Assembly (NCBI GenBank): GCA_963782525.1
Contig: CAWAKC010000007.1
Location: forward strand, 1 to 64,000
Length of the DNA stretch: 64,000 bases
Reading direction: 5' to 3'
Source of the DNA: Candidatus Bathyarchaeota archaeon
GTDB lineage: Archaea; Thermoproteota; Bathyarchaeia; Bathyarchaeales; Bathycorpusculaceae
Below, in pieces: positions 38,457-48,797 of this stretch. The notes beneath the pieces were generated by a model that had not been told where the DNA came from, made no database searches, and saw only the letters and a program-made list of their open reading frames with translations. Position 1 is the stretch's first letter. Each line of letters opens with the position of its first letter. Made by a program: the position numbers and the translations under genes.

Positions 38457-40106
38457 TTATTCTTCGCCCATGCCGCCCGGCATTCCGCCTGGGCCACCTG
38501 GACCGCCTTTCGGCGCCTTGGAGGTGATAACGTCGTCGATGCGTAGTATCATGGCTGCTGATTCTGCTGCGGATTTGATGGCTTGTTCTTTGACAACGAT
38601 TGGTTCGATAACGCCGTTTGCGATGCTGTCTTGGAGTTTGCCTGTGAATACGTTGATTCCCATGAATTTGCCGGTTTCTTTGTCATGTACTTGTCGCAAT
38701 TCAACGAGTATGTCGATTGGCTCTAAGCCTGCGTTCTCTGCGAGCGTGCGTGGGATGACTTCTACTGCGTCTGCGAATGCTTCAACTGCGAGTTGTTCGC
38801 GTCCGCCGACTTTCGTTGCGTATTTGCGTAGTTCTTTTGCGATTTCAATTTCTACTGCTCCGCCGCCTGCGACGATTTTGTTGTTTTCTAAAACGTCTGA
38901 GACTACTGAGAGTGAATCGGTCATGGCTCTTTCGGCTTCGTCAACGAGGCGTTCGAGTCCTGCTCTGATGAGGATTGCTACGCTGTGAGGGTCTTTGCAT
39001 TTTTCGACGAAGATCATTTTGTCGTCGCCGATCTTGCGTTCTTCAATGTGTCCTGCAAAGCCAAGGTCTGCTTTCTTGAGGTCATCTAAGTCACTTACTA
39101 TTCTTCCGCCTGTGGCTCTTGCGAGTTTCTCCATGTCTGATTCTTTTACACGTCTTGCCGCCATTATACCTGCTTTAGACAAGAAGTGCTGAACCATGTC
39201 ATCGATACCTTTTTGGCAGAAGACTACGTCTGCGCCAGAGGCTTTAACTTTGGTAACCATATCTTGCATCATGTCGTTTTCTTGGTCTAAGAATGCTTTC
39301 ATCTGTGAGGGGTCTTTAATGCGGATTTCTGCGGTTATTTCTGTTTTTTCGATTTCTAAGGCTGAATCTAACAATGCGACCTTGGCATTTTCTTTAATTT
39401 TTGGCATGCCTGGGCTTACGACTTCTTTGTCGATGATTATGCCTTGGATTAATTGTGTTTCAAGGAGACTTTTGCCTGTTTTCTTGACGAGTTGAATGTT
39501 GTCTATGTCAGCGATTGTTTTGTCTCCACGTTGTTCAGAGATTTGTGTAACTGCATCTATGGATATTTCTGCTAAGTGTTCTCTTGCTGAACCCAGTGAT
39601 TTGCTGCTCATTGAGGTTAATGCGACTTTAAGGAGTGTTTTGCGGTCTTTGATGTCTAATGGCACGGCCATTTTTCCAATGGCTTCAATAGCTTTGACTG
39701 AGGCTTTGCGGTAGCCACTTACTAGAATGGTTGGGTGAATGTTTTGGTCGAGAAGTTCTTCGGCTTTTCTGAGTAATTCGCTTGCGAGAACTACTGCGGA
39801 GGTTGTTCCGTCGCCTACCATGTCATCTTGGGTTTTGGCGATTTCAACCATCATTTTTGCCGCTGGATGTTCAACGTCGATTTCTTTGAGGATGGCTGCG
39901 CCGTCGTTGGTGATTGTGATGTCTCCTAGGCTGTCGATGAGCATTTTATCCATGCCTCGCGGGCCTAAGGTTGTTTTCAGCACCTCGCCGATTACGCGGG
40001 CTGCCATGATGTTGTTTCTTTGGGCTTCTTTGCCTCTGCTTCTTGTTGTTCCTTCTTTAAGGATGAGGACTGGTTGTCCTGAACCTGTTGTTGTTAAATA
40101 CGCCAT
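38457..40106 (-). CDS. ths: Thermosome (group II chaperonin) subunit
   Basis: TLGPRGMDKM, TNDGA, GDGTT, LRIDD, GGM-rich tail. Confidence 0.97.
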   Translation of the reverse strand: MAYLTTTGSGQPVLILKEGTTRSRGKEAQRNNIMAARVIGEVLKTTLGPRGMDKMLIDSLGDITITNDGAAILKEIDVEHPAAKMMVEIAKTQDDMVGDGTTSAVVLASELLRKAEELLDQNIHPTILVSGYRKASVKAIEAIGKMAVPLDIKDRKTLLKVALTSMSSKSLGSAREHLAEISIDAVTQISEQRGDKTIADIDNIQLVKKTGKSLLETQLIQGIIIDKEVVSPGMPKIKENAKVALLDSALEIEKTEITAEIRIKDPSQMKAFLDQENDMMQDMVTKVKASGADVVFCQKGIDDMVQHFLSKAGIMAARRVKESDMEKLARATGGRIVSDLDDLKKADLGFAGHIEERKIGDDKMIFVEKCKDPHSVAILIRAGLERLVDEAERAMTDSLSVVSDVLENNKIVAGGGAVEIEIAKELRKYATKVGGREQLAVEAFADAVEVIPRTLAENAGLEPIDILVELRQVHDKETGKFMGINVFTGKLQDSIANGVIEPIVVKEQAIKSAAESAAMILRIDDVITSKAPKGGPGGPGGMPGGMGEE

Positions 40107-40307
40107 ATTATCATTCCCTGTTTTACTAGAACTTGTTTTGATTCGGAAATATGCAAAAACCCTACGGAAATATAAACTTTTACCCTTGCAATGAAGCGGT
40201 CTTTATGATACCAGTTTTAAAGATTGGAAAATTTTGATTGAAACAGTTCAGTTCTCGAAAATCCTTAACATACACAAAGCTAAAAAATCCATCGAAACAA
40301 ACATCGC

Positions 40308-40805
40308 ATGGAGGTCAAAATGCGTCTTCAACCAGCGAATAAATCCAAACGGATCTACGCAGTAATTGCTGCCGCCCTATTGATTGTAACAATCGTAAGC
40401 GTTACCATTTATGTTTTAACCCAACCAGGTCCCACTGGTCCAGGCCCAGTTAAAATCGACATAATAACGGATAAAACTGTTTACTTGCAGGGTGAACAAG
40501 CGCATTTCTCAATATACATTAATAACACCCAGAACTGGAGGATTCCCAAGCCTACTACCATTAGCTTTCAAATAGGAAATTATTCTTCGAAAACAGTTTG
40601 TATTGATTACGTTAATCCTCCCCCGACCTTTCCTGCCCATTCACGAGAATTCTTTTTTGATTATGATTGGAATCAACAAACAGACAATGGCAGCAACAGC
40701 ACACAGGTGGAACCAGGATACTACACGCTTACCGTTACCTTAGAGGGGGCAGTTAATTATGGTGCCCCAGCGAAGTACACTTTCGAAATAAAACCAAACG
40801 TCTAA
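40308..40805 (+). CDS. Membrane-anchored exported protein with Ig-like domain
   Basis: N-terminal TM, TDKTVY..GE, WNQ...PGYYTL. Confidence 0.7.
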   Translation: MEVKMRLQPANKSKRIYAVIAAALLIVTIVSVTIYVLTQPGPTGPGPVKIDIITDKTVYLQGEQAHFSIYINNTQNWRIPKPTTISFQIGNYSSKTVCIDYVNPPPTFPAHSREFFFDYDWNQQTDNGSNSTQVEPGYYTLTVTLEGAVNYGAPAKYTFEIKPNV

Positions 40806-40887
40806 AAACCAATTTAACAGAACGCAAACAGGGAAGGCAAAGCAAAAATAACCAGTTCACATTCATTCCATTTCTGTGTGAACTACA

Positions 40888-41415
40888 ATGATTAGCGGCT
40901 TCAACCTTCTAGCAACTACTTCCCGCGGAAACGAACGCCCAATGATCAACGAGATGCTATATCTGCTCAAGGATGAGTTGGGCGACGCCGAAGCCCAAGC
41001 CGCAAAAACTAAAATCCGCGGCTTAATAGTCGCCAAAACCACACTTGACCAATGCATTGTAATAGAAAAATTCCGGACAATCCTCAAAGAACGCCCATAC
41101 GAGTTCCGCTACGCCCTAAGGATACTGCCTATCGAAAAGGTTGTGCCTACAGATTTGGAGGAAATCAAAAAAGCCAGCGCCGAATTAGCATCAAAAATAG
41201 GCGAAAAAGAAACTTTCAGGGTTACAATAGAAAAGCGCTTCACAACCTTACATACAAAAGACCTAATTGAGGCAGCTGTGGGAGAAATTAAAAATAAAGC
41301 CGACCTTGAAAACCCAGATCAAATCTTGCTGGTTGAGGTTCTGGGTGCGTTAACGGGATTGTCGTTGTTGAAACCCACGGATGTTTTAGCGGTTGTTAAA
41401 GAAAAAATGCTCTAA
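40888..41415 (+). CDS. THUMP domain protein
   Basis: ETFRVTIEKR, ADLENPD.ILLVEVLG. Confidence 0.85.
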   Translation: MISGFNLLATTSRGNERPMINEMLYLLKDELGDAEAQAAKTKIRGLIVAKTTLDQCIVIEKFRTILKERPYEFRYALRILPIEKVVPTDLEEIKKASAELASKIGEKETFRVTIEKRFTTLHTKDLIEAAVGEIKNKADLENPDQILLVEVLGALTGLSLLKPTDVLAVVKEKML

Positions 41416-41761
41416 CCTTATAGTTGAGTTCTTCTTTTTAGAGAAGAAGAATAAATCGACTCCTTCCTAAATAGCAATTTTTTCTTCTTTCAACTTGACT
41501 GAAAGAACAACAACACTATGAATTTTTTATCTGTTGTTGTTATCCCGATCAGGGAAGAAACTGTTTAACGGGTAGAAGAAGATTGCTGAATTGCTACTAC
41601 TTCTTCTTCTTCTTTTTCTGCTCTTAAAATGGGGTACAGTTGAAGTTCAGACATGATCTTTGTTAATACGTTCTATTGTTAGGTAAAGTTAATTTAGAGC
41701 CTTCGAAATCTCATCAACAACCTCATTTAAAACATGGCAAAGTCTTTCATTGGACTTTTAA

Positions 41762-42319
41762 TCACTTTACGGCCAACAGGGCGATTTGCTCGATTACTAA
41801 GTTAACTATTGCCTTCTTTGGGTTATCGTTTTTGAGGATGTTTAACTCTTCATTTTGGATGTTGAAGGCTTTTTTGATTTTTGTTTCCTTGGTTTTAGTC
41901 ATTGCAAGAACCGCCTCGTCTAGGTCAGTACCAACGCATTTGGTAAGCGCTTCAAGGATCTTTTGAATATGTGTTGGATCTTCGCCGATTATTGCTACTG
42001 CGAGGTTTTTAGTTTTGGGTTTGATTCCGGAGCGTTCGATGGCTTTTTGTATTTGTAGCTGTGCGGAAGCGTAGAGTATTGTTTCCATGGCGAGGCTTTT
42101 TGAATGGTTGGTTTTGTTTTGGAATGCCTGCAGGGCGTTTAGGATAGCAAAGTAGAGATGTTCCTGCGTGGCGATTAGTTCGGCGTCGAAGAATTGGATG
42201 TCGACGTTTTGGGTTTGTTTTCGGTTTGCTTTTAAGAATGCCTCCGCTTTATCGAACGCTATGCTTCGGTAACCTGTTATTTCCACGTATTTGTCGTGTT
42301 CTTTTATGTACTGCAACAT
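41762..42319 (-). CDS. cgi121: KEOPS complex subunit Cgi121
   Basis: QFFDAELI...HL..A, SLAMETILYASAQ.QI.KAI..G. Confidence 0.88.
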   Translation of the reverse strand: MLQYIKEHDKYVEITGYRSIAFDKAEAFLKANRKQTQNVDIQFFDAELIATQEHLYFAILNALQAFQNKTNHSKSLAMETILYASAQLQIQKAIERSGIKPKTKNLAVAIIGEDPTHIQKILEALTKCVGTDLDEAVLAMTKTKETKIKKAFNIQNEELNILKNDNPKKAIVNLVIEQIALLAVK

Positions 42320-42329
42320 CTAAGGTTCC

Positions 42330-42914
42330 TCAATGCATGTCTTTTAAGAGTTTTTCGGCTAGCTGTTTTGGCAAGCCAGCCTTCACGAGTTTTGTCACTT
42401 CCTGATTTAAGACGCGTTTGCCCTGAGGTTTGTGGATTATTTTTCGCAGAGTTTCTTTTGTGTCCCACGGGAAGACAACCCAGTTGGTTGTTTGTTTTTC
42501 GTAGAAGTCAGGGGTTGTGATGGATTGGGGTTTTTGATAGAGGGTAGCGGTTTTTACTTCATTGGCGCCTTGCTGTTGAAGGTGAGTTTTGGCTAGTTTT
42601 AGGCTTTGACCGCTGTCTGCGATGTCGTCAACCAACAGCACTTTTTTGTCCTCCACATTTGTCATAATGGGGTGTTTTAGGGTTGGCTTTGCCTTTGTCT
42701 GGTTTATGTCAACATAGAATTCTATCTGGATGGTTGCGAACTCTAAAGTTTCTAATAAATCAGCTAGAATACGGGCAGGTATTAAGCCTCCTCGGGTTAC
42801 CGCGACTACGATATCGTGTTGGTAGTTTTGGGATAGAATTTTTTGGGCTTGGCAGAAAAGCATCTCATATATTTGATTCCATGTTGGGACTTCGTATTCG
42901 ATGGTGCCAGCCAA
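42330..42914 (-). CDS. Purine phosphoribosyltransferase (type I PRT)
   Basis: VTRGGLIPA, LLVDDIADSGQS, WVVFPW; start placed at TTG 42914. Confidence 0.88.
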   Translation of the reverse strand: MAGTIEYEVPTWNQIYEMLFCQAQKILSQNYQHDIVVAVTRGGLIPARILADLLETLEFATIQIEFYVDINQTKAKPTLKHPIMTNVEDKKVLLVDDIADSGQSLKLAKTHLQQQGANEVKTATLYQKPQSITTPDFYEKQTTNWVVFPWDTKETLRKIIHKPQGKRVLNQEVTKLVKAGLPKQLAEKLLKDMH

Positions 42915-43242
42915 AAACTCAAACCTCGTATAGAGGATAAGTACATTTTTTGCTTCTGTTAAGCCTTTCGATGATACAAATGACCATGCAATTTCCTTAC
43001 TTCGTAAATTTTGGTATTTCACTAATTATTGATTTATTGTGAATGCTATTCTATTTTTGAATGGATTTTTGGTGAGACTGATTATTTTTTTGCTTGCTTG
43101 GTTGCAGATTTATAAGGGGGTTGTTGTTATATTTTTTATTCGGGAGATAGGCGTCAGGAGATATGTGTCGTCTTTCGTAATATAGTTTATATGCTTAGAC
43201 GTCTTTTCCAATAATAATCAACAATGAAAGGAGACTTGAAAA

Positions 43243-43584
43243 ATGGTGAAGAATGTGAATGAAGAAAAGATTAAGCGCGTGCTAACAGAGCCAAAGCTAG
43301 CTGCCATAAAATCGATGCTCGAGAAAGACCATGCAATAGACTGTTTATTGCTGCTCCACGTTGGCCGCGGCAAATGGAAGGATGCTAAAGACTTCATGAA
43401 GGACAATGGCTTGACACTCAGCGATGGCACTTTTAGGGCTAGAATGATCGAGATTGAATCCTTGGGTTTAGCTAAGAGTGAACGTATTGATCCACTCAAA
43501 AAGTATTATGTTAAGACTGAACTCGGGGAAAAAGTTGCGAAACTTCTTCTCGGTTTTTTTGACACGCTTGATTCTAAGAGTTAG
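43243..43584 (+). CDS. Winged-helix transcriptional regulator-like protein
   Basis: LSDGTFRARMIEIESLGL...KYYVKTELGEKV. Confidence 0.7.
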   Translation: MVKNVNEEKIKRVLTEPKLAAIKSMLEKDHAIDCLLLLHVGRGKWKDAKDFMKDNGLTLSDGTFRARMIEIESLGLAKSERIDPLKKYYVKTELGEKVAKLLLGFFDTLDSKS

Positions 43585-43744
43585 TCTTTTTTTGGCTTTT
43601 TAGCCGTTTTCTTCCTTTTGTTTATTTTTTTTGGGCTTCTGTGGTTGTGTCCTACATACCCATACTATTGTGTAGTAAGACGTAATATTTAAAAGATGCT
43701 TTTAGACAACTACCTATTACAAGCAAAAATAGGAAGATAGAAAA

Positions 43745-44206
43745 ATGAATACATACCTAAGAAAAATCAAGAAAAACTCAAAAGCCCTCAGCCCCGTCAT
43801 CGCATCAATCATCCTCATCGCCGTCACCGTCGCAGTCAGCGTCGTCGTCGCAGCATGGATGGGTGGAATGACCATCGGATTCATGGGCAACGCAGAACAA
43901 GTATCGATCACAAACATAGCATTCGTGCCAGGGGATGGTACTACTAAAGACCAATTAGAAATAATGGTAACGAACTCAGGCAGTACACCAGCAACTATTA
44001 GCAAAGCATTCATCAATGGAGCAGCAGTTGCGGACACAGATATGACCGTGATTCCATCCGGAGCAATCGCGAAAAGCTCATCTGCTACAATAACGTTGAA
44101 TTTAGATGCTGGCACTTTAGCAGACAACGCAGGAACTGCATACCAAGTTAAGCTCATCACTCAGAAGGGCACATCAGTCGTCAACACAGCAACATACAAC
44201 CCATAA
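43745..44206 (+). CDS. Archaeal type IV pilin (class III signal peptide)
   Basis: KKNSKA|LSPVIASIILIAVTVAVSVVV, VTNSG. Confidence 0.9.
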   Translation: MNTYLRKIKKNSKALSPVIASIILIAVTVAVSVVVAAWMGGMTIGFMGNAEQVSITNIAFVPGDGTTKDQLEIMVTNSGSTPATISKAFINGAAVADTDMTVIPSGAIAKSSSATITLNLDAGTLADNAGTAYQVKLITQKGTSVVNTATYNP

Positions 44207-44240
44207 ACACCCAACATTTAAAAATCTAAACAAGGGGCAA

Positions 44241-44278
44241 GGTGAAGCAAACATTCACCCAACTCTCCTCTTTCTCTT
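44241..44278 (+). terminator. Hairpin plus pyrimidine tract after pilin
   Basis: GGTGAA-GCAAACA-TTCACC followed by CTCTCCTCTTTCTCTT. Confidence 0.45.
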
Positions 44279-44302
44279 CAAAAAAATCAGGAGTAATAAA
44301 TC

Positions 44303-44728
44303 ATGGTAACACAAATCAAAGAATATACATCTGCACAGGCAATCGCCGATGCAATGGACAAGCAATTGTCCGAGACCAAAAGCGTTCTGGGCGAGTACCT
44401 GCGTAAGTTAGACGAAATCCGCACGTTAGCGGAAAAATCAAAGAAAGTCCGTGAAGTCGTTCTCAAACTCGCAGGCAAAAAAGCCCCAACCGAGAACACC
44501 AGCGAAATCACGGTCGGCACATTAAACATCGTTTTAGACGCTAACCCAACCCACGAGTTAAGTGCCATAGAATCCGTGGTCCGAAGCCACCAGGAACGTC
44601 TGCTGGTTTTGCAGAAGGTTCGGGAAGCCCTCAAATGGCTCGACCAACTTGGCGACACAGAAGGCCTCAGGTATCTAGTAGTAGAAGACGAAGGCATCCC
44701 AGAACGGATCCTATTCAAATTATCCTAA
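44303..44728 (+). CDS. Conserved-looking hypothetical helical protein
   Basis: 141 aa ORF, GGAG RBS, first gene of a three-gene cluster. Confidence 0.75.
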   Translation: MVTQIKEYTSAQAIADAMDKQLSETKSVLGEYLRKLDEIRTLAEKSKKVREVVLKLAGKKAPTENTSEITVGTLNIVLDANPTHELSAIESVVRSHQERLLVLQKVREALKWLDQLGDTEGLRYLVVEDEGIPERILFKLS

Positions 44729-44744
44729 CCTGGGAGATTAAACG

Positions 44745-45524
44745 GTGACTGAGGCTTACAGCAACCCAATCCAAACAATCATAGATGAAATCAGAACTCT
44801 AAGCCCAGAAACCACCAATGCATTATTTTTTAGGAACACCGGACAAACAATCGCAAACACCCAAACCGGAACCGAAAAACAAATCAAAAAATTCGTCGCC
44901 AACTTCGCCAACATCTCAGTGCAGGCCCAAGCAATCGGCGGCATAGAAAGCTTTACAATCCAAACTCCGGAAAGTCAACTTAACATCGTTGCAGTGGAAG
45001 ATTACTTTTTGGCAACACTATCTTCACAGACGGCAAACCAGGAAATTCTCAAGTCGATAACTAAAGTTGTGGTCCCAACAGTAGTGAGACTTGTTAACCA
45101 GATTGACATAAAAGATAAAGAACTTGAAGAAAAACCCTACGAAGAACTAGCTGTGTCAGCATCACAAGAAGCCAAACCAACCGTTGAACCCACCCTTGAA
45201 ATACAACCGCCCTTTGAACCGTTCCTGCCCAAGACACCCACCAACCAGTTTATGGTAGAGAAAATCAGCGGGTTTATGGTTGCAGCTGACACTGTGCGAA
45301 TCGACGGCGAAATCGTGGAGCAATGGAGTAACCTCTATGAGGGCAAACAATTTAGCACAGTAATCATCGAAGCGTTAGACGGAAAGAAAACGACTTGCAA
45401 GTTTAAAGCGATTAAAGACGCAAAAAACAGTGCTAAAGGCATAATCCAGATTCCAGAAAAAATCCTGCAAACCCTGCAAACCGAAAAAGGTAAACTGGTG
45501 ATAGTTAAGCCAGTATTCGAGTAA
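44745..45524 (+). CDS. Roadblock-like N-terminal domain plus linker plus C-terminal beta-barrel-like domain
   Basis: Helix-beta-beta-helix-beta pattern; C-terminus DTVRID...KGIIQIPEKI..L..EKG.LVIVKP. Confidence 0.55.
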   Translation: MTEAYSNPIQTIIDEIRTLSPETTNALFFRNTGQTIANTQTGTEKQIKKFVANFANISVQAQAIGGIESFTIQTPESQLNIVAVEDYFLATLSSQTANQEILKSITKVVVPTVVRLVNQIDIKDKELEEKPYEELAVSASQEAKPTVEPTLEIQPPFEPFLPKTPTNQFMVEKISGFMVAADTVRIDGEIVEQWSNLYEGKQFSTVIIEALDGKKTTCKFKAIKDAKNSAKGIIQIPEKILQTLQTEKGKLVIVKPVFE

Positions 45525-45530
45525 TGAGGA

Positions 45531-45935
45531 ATGATGTTGAAGCAGAAAAATAGCCAAGTCGAAACCGAATTTCCCGATGGAGCAGCAGTTATTACTGTTG
45601 GGACCGAAGATTCTGTGTTTACGGATTTGGCTGCGAGTTTGGCGGAGATACGTAAACTCGATGGTGTTAGGGGCTATATTCTTCGAAGTGATACTTCTGC
45701 GATAATAGATTTGACTGAACAAGAAAAAATAATCGAGTACGCCATCCTATCCTCGCAAATCTCTGAGTCCAGTGCTGAAATAGCCAAACAATTCAACCTA
45801 ACAGATGTAGAGAGCGTGCTGGTGGAAGGAAAAACCGTTAAAATGCTCTGCATGAACAAGTCACAAAATCGCGTAAGCGTGTTCATAGATAAGACAGCGA
45901 CTCATGATTCAATAATAAAACGAATCTTGCAATAG
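45531..45935 (+). CDS. Roadblock/LC7 domain protein
   Basis: LAEIRKLDGVRGYIL...F.L.DVESVLVEGK. Confidence 0.7.
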   Translation: MMLKQKNSQVETEFPDGAAVITVGTEDSVFTDLAASLAEIRKLDGVRGYILRSDTSAIIDLTEQEKIIEYAILSSQISESSAEIAKQFNLTDVESVLVEGKTVKMLCMNKSQNRVSVFIDKTATHDSIIKRILQ

Positions 45936-46052
45936 CGCGGCTTTGATTATTTCTACAGTTTTCAACATGGTAACTCGAAAAAAACCCAGTACGACCTATC
46001 CTCTCTTAGGGCTATTTTTCTTAGAGAAAAGAATTGACGATGAAATAAAAAA

Positions 46053-46283
46053 TTAGTAGAAGTTGCGGGCTTCTTTGCGTTTTTCTGCTTCTTCGTAGAA
46101 CCGCAGAACTTCGTCGATGATTTCTACATTAGAGAGCAACATGCGTCTACAACAGTATCGTTTCAAGCCTAAACTGTCAAGGACGTCACTGGCGTTTTCG
46201 CCTGTTTTGATGCGTCTTGTGAATTCATCCCATCGGTCTCCAACGAGTTTGCCGCAAGTGAAGCATCTTACGGGAATAATCAT
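46053..46283 (-). CDS. rpoN: RNA polymerase subunit N (Rpo10)
   Basis: [19 protein letters not shown]. Confidence 0.97.
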   Translation of the reverse strand: MIIPVRCFTCGKLVGDRWDEFTRRIKTGENASDVLDSLGLKRYCCRRMLLSNVEIIDEVLRFYEEAEKRKEARNFY

Positions 46284-46297
46284 TTTGTCTTATTCTC

Positions 46298-46708
46298 CTA
46301 CCTGTAGCTCTTCTGTTCTTTAGACCGTGCGCCTGCTCCGCCGACTTTCTTTGTCTCTTTGGTTCTGCTGTCTCCAGCAATCATGGTTCGGTCGTATTCG
46401 TTGAAGACGGTGCGTAGGTGTGTGCTCTTGGTCCATTTTAAAAGAGCATTTGAGATTGCCATGCGTGCTGCTTCAGCTTGTCCCATGTAGCCGCCACCGC
46501 TGGTTTTAACGTCCATGTCTAATTGTTGCCAGACATCGGCGCCTGCTTGCAAGAGGGGTTCCATGATTTTGGCTTTAGCTATGTCGGGTTCGTAAATTTC
46601 AACTGGAGTTAGGTTTATTCGTACTCTACCAACGCCCTGTTTCACTATGGCGCGGGCAACTGCTGTTTTTCGCTTTCCACTAACAACTAAGACTTTTTTT
46701 GCGGGCAT
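46298..46708 (-). CDS. rps9: 30S ribosomal protein S9
   Basis: GKRKTAVA, GGG..GQAEA, GAR...QKSYR. Confidence 0.97.
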   Translation of the reverse strand: MPAKKVLVVSGKRKTAVARAIVKQGVGRVRINLTPVEIYEPDIAKAKIMEPLLQAGADVWQQLDMDVKTSGGGYMGQAEAARMAISNALLKWTKSTHLRTVFNEYDRTMIAGDSRTKETKKVGGAGARSKEQKSYR

Positions 46709-46710
46709 AA

Positions 46711-47160
46711 TTATTCCATCCTGTTGAACCATCCGATTTCAGTTGCCAATTCACCAAGGGTAAAGTGTGGCCCTTTGAGGTTTGCGGAATTGGCTTCTTC
46801 GAAGGTTATCATTTTTTGATCTTTGAACTCAAGTGGGACGCCCATGAAAACTTTCAGTCGTTTGAAGGCGTTTTTACCTTTAGGCAACTTGAAGGGAACC
46901 ATGCCACGAACGGTTTTTCGTAGAAACCGGTCGGGTCTACGGTAATGGAATGGTCCTCGCATTGGAGCGCCTACTTCGAGGAATTTGTGTGCTTCTAACA
47001 CTTTGCTTTTCTTTTTACCAGAGAACACTGCTTTCTCCGCGTTAAGAATGATTACTTCTTCTCCGTTTAACAATCGTTTAGCAACTTTGCTGCACATTCT
47101 GCCAACGATTAAGCCTTCAGCGTTCACGAAAGTTATTGGGGATTGTATTGTGGTTGCCAT
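46711..47160 (-). CDS. rpl13: 50S ribosomal protein L13
   Basis: GR..S.VAK.LLNGE, GPFH.RRPD, VRGM.P. Confidence 0.96.
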   Translation of the reverse strand: MATTIQSPITFVNAEGLIVGRMCSKVAKRLLNGEEVIILNAEKAVFSGKKKSKVLEAHKFLEVGAPMRGPFHYRRPDRFLRKTVRGMVPFKLPKGKNAFKRLKVFMGVPLEFKDQKMITFEEANSANLKGPHFTLGELATEIGWFNRME

Positions 47161-47167
47161 TTCTTAT

Positions 47168-47530
47168 TCACCGGATGATTTTTACGTTTGAACCTTTGGG
47201 GTTTTTCTCCATCAAGTCTTGGATTGTGATGTATTTTGCTTTGACAGCTTCAAGCTTTGCTTTAGCTTTATCGGAGATATCAAAGGATGCGACGGTCACG
47301 GAGTGTTCGATGCTGCCTGAAGCTAAGAGCTTGCCGGGAACAATCACTACGTCAGCTTTTTTGGTGTGCCTGTTTAGTTTGCTCAGGTTTACAGCGACAC
47401 GTTGGCTACGTGATTTGGCTAAGTGATCTGCGACGTCTAGCCAGATGGGGGCTTGTTTTTCTCTGCTTTCTTTCTTTAAAAGACCAATAAGATCGATTAA
47501 TTGGGGGTTTGTAGTTTTTGTTTCTCTCAT
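47168..47530 (-). CDS. rpl18e: 50S ribosomal protein L18e
   Basis: TNP.L, VNLSKL, VPGKLL.SG. Confidence 0.96.
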   Translation of the reverse strand: MRETKTTNPQLIDLIGLLKKESREKQAPIWLDVADHLAKSRSQRVAVNLSKLNRHTKKADVVIVPGKLLASGSIEHSVTVASFDISDKAKAKLEAVKAKYITIQDLMEKNPKGSNVKIIR

Positions 47531-48342
47531 TGTGGTCCAGCCTTTATTTGTTCTTCAAACTCGTTTAGTTGTTTGCCTAACAGTTTAGTTGCTTCTTTTA
47601 AGACTCGTTCTGGAGGAAGCGCACCTGTAGACTCTATGTTCATTACGAAAGTATCCTTTTCCCATTCAACCTTCAACGGTGAAGGTTTTTGTGGGCAAGC
47701 ATCAACGCAGTCCATGCAGAGGTTACATGCCAATAGGTCGCGGACATCGATTTTTTCATCCTTGACAACGTAAACTCTTTTGGGGCATATGTCAGCGCAT
47801 TTTTGGCACCCTTCACATTTCCCGGTTGGAGTGGTGATTTTTGGGTAGTACTTATATGCACACATTGATACGGGCTGCCATTTGGCATGGACTTTGCCTT
47901 TTCCAAGCTTTGCGTAAGCTTCAAGTTTTAGTTTCTGATTTTTCGCCAACTTAACTATCGGGATTCTGTCTGAGACAGGGACGATTTCAGGGTTTTCCGA
48001 AACGATTTCTCCCGAATAAACGGTTCTTGTCCCGTCTCTGGCTTCTGCGTCAAGTGTTAGGGTTACTCGGCATAGTTGGCAGCCGAATTCGCTTTTACAT
48101 TCGCATTCTTCAGGCAGATTGTATGCATCTAAATCAGTCTTCAGCGGAGTAAGACCGAGCCTGTGAGAGATTATTTCGTCTTGGAGAATTGAAGAGTTTT
48201 CTATCATGACAACTTCTTCAATTGCCATGCAGGGGACCTCAGCAAGTGCTAGACGTCGTAGAGCATTCATTAAAGGCACGTCCGCATCTTTGACAACTAT
48301 GCGGAGGTTAGTATCGTTTTTTTCAAGGACTTCTATTTTCAC
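47527..48342 (-). CDS. rpoD: RNA polymerase subunit D (Rpo3) with Fe-S domain
   Basis: NALRR, HRLGL.PL, HAKWQP, CxxCxxC motifs. Confidence 0.96.
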   Translation of the reverse strand: MKIEVLEKNDTNLRIVVKDADVPLMNALRRLALAEVPCMAIEEVVMIENSSILQDEIISHRLGLTPLKTDLDAYNLPEECECKSEFGCQLCRVTLTLDAEARDGTRTVYSGEIVSENPEIVPVSDRIPIVKLAKNQKLKLEAYAKLGKGKVHAKWQPVSMCAYKYYPKITTPTGKCEGCQKCADICPKRVYVVKDEKIDVRDLLACNLCMDCVDACPQKPSPLKVEWEKDTFVMNIESTGALPPERVLKEATKLLGKQLNEFEEQIKAGPQ

Positions 48343-48389
48343 TTGCTAGACACTCCATAAATTACTTCAATAAAGAGGGATATTGCAGA

Positions 48390-48797
48390 TTAAACTCTTC
48401 TGCCTCTTCTGCCACCGGGCCTTCTGGTTCCGTCGTGGGGGATTGGTGTAACTTCTTCGATGCGTTCAATGCGGAAACCGAATCGGGCTAATGCTCTAAT
48501 GGCTGCTTGTGCGCCTGGTCCAGGTGTTCTTGGTCCTGCGCCGCCTGGAGCTCGGACTTTGATATGAATGGCTGTTATTCCTTTGTCGCGTGCGATTTCA
48601 GCTGCTCCTGTGGATGCGCGCATGGCTGCATAAGGGGATGATTCCATTCGGTCTGCTTTAACGAACATACCGCCGGTGGTACGAGCGATGGTTTCTGCAC
48701 CTGAAATATCAGTGATGTGAATTAAGGTGTTGTTGTAACTGCTGAAGATGTGAACGATTGCCCACTTCTCGTTACGTTTGTTGTTGGGAGCGCTCAG
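48390..48797 (-). CDS. rps11: 30S ribosomal protein S11 (probable CTG start)
   Basis: Frame extends 5' of the ORF-track start through [27 protein letters not shown] to CTG at 48797; in-frame TAG two codons upstream. Confidence 0.95.
   Translation of the reverse strand: MSAPNNKRNEKWAIVHIFSSYNNTLIHITDISGAETIARTTGGMFVKADRMESSPYAAMRASTGAAEIARDKGITAIHIKVRAPGGAGPRTPGPGAQAAIRALARFGFRIERIEEVTPIPHDGTRRPGGRRGRRV

Noticed and set aside
38470-40194. Chain of plus-strand ORFs opposite the thermosome gene (similar ones oppose smc, gltB and exosome genes)
   Set aside because: Antisense shadows caused by codon bias of real genes.
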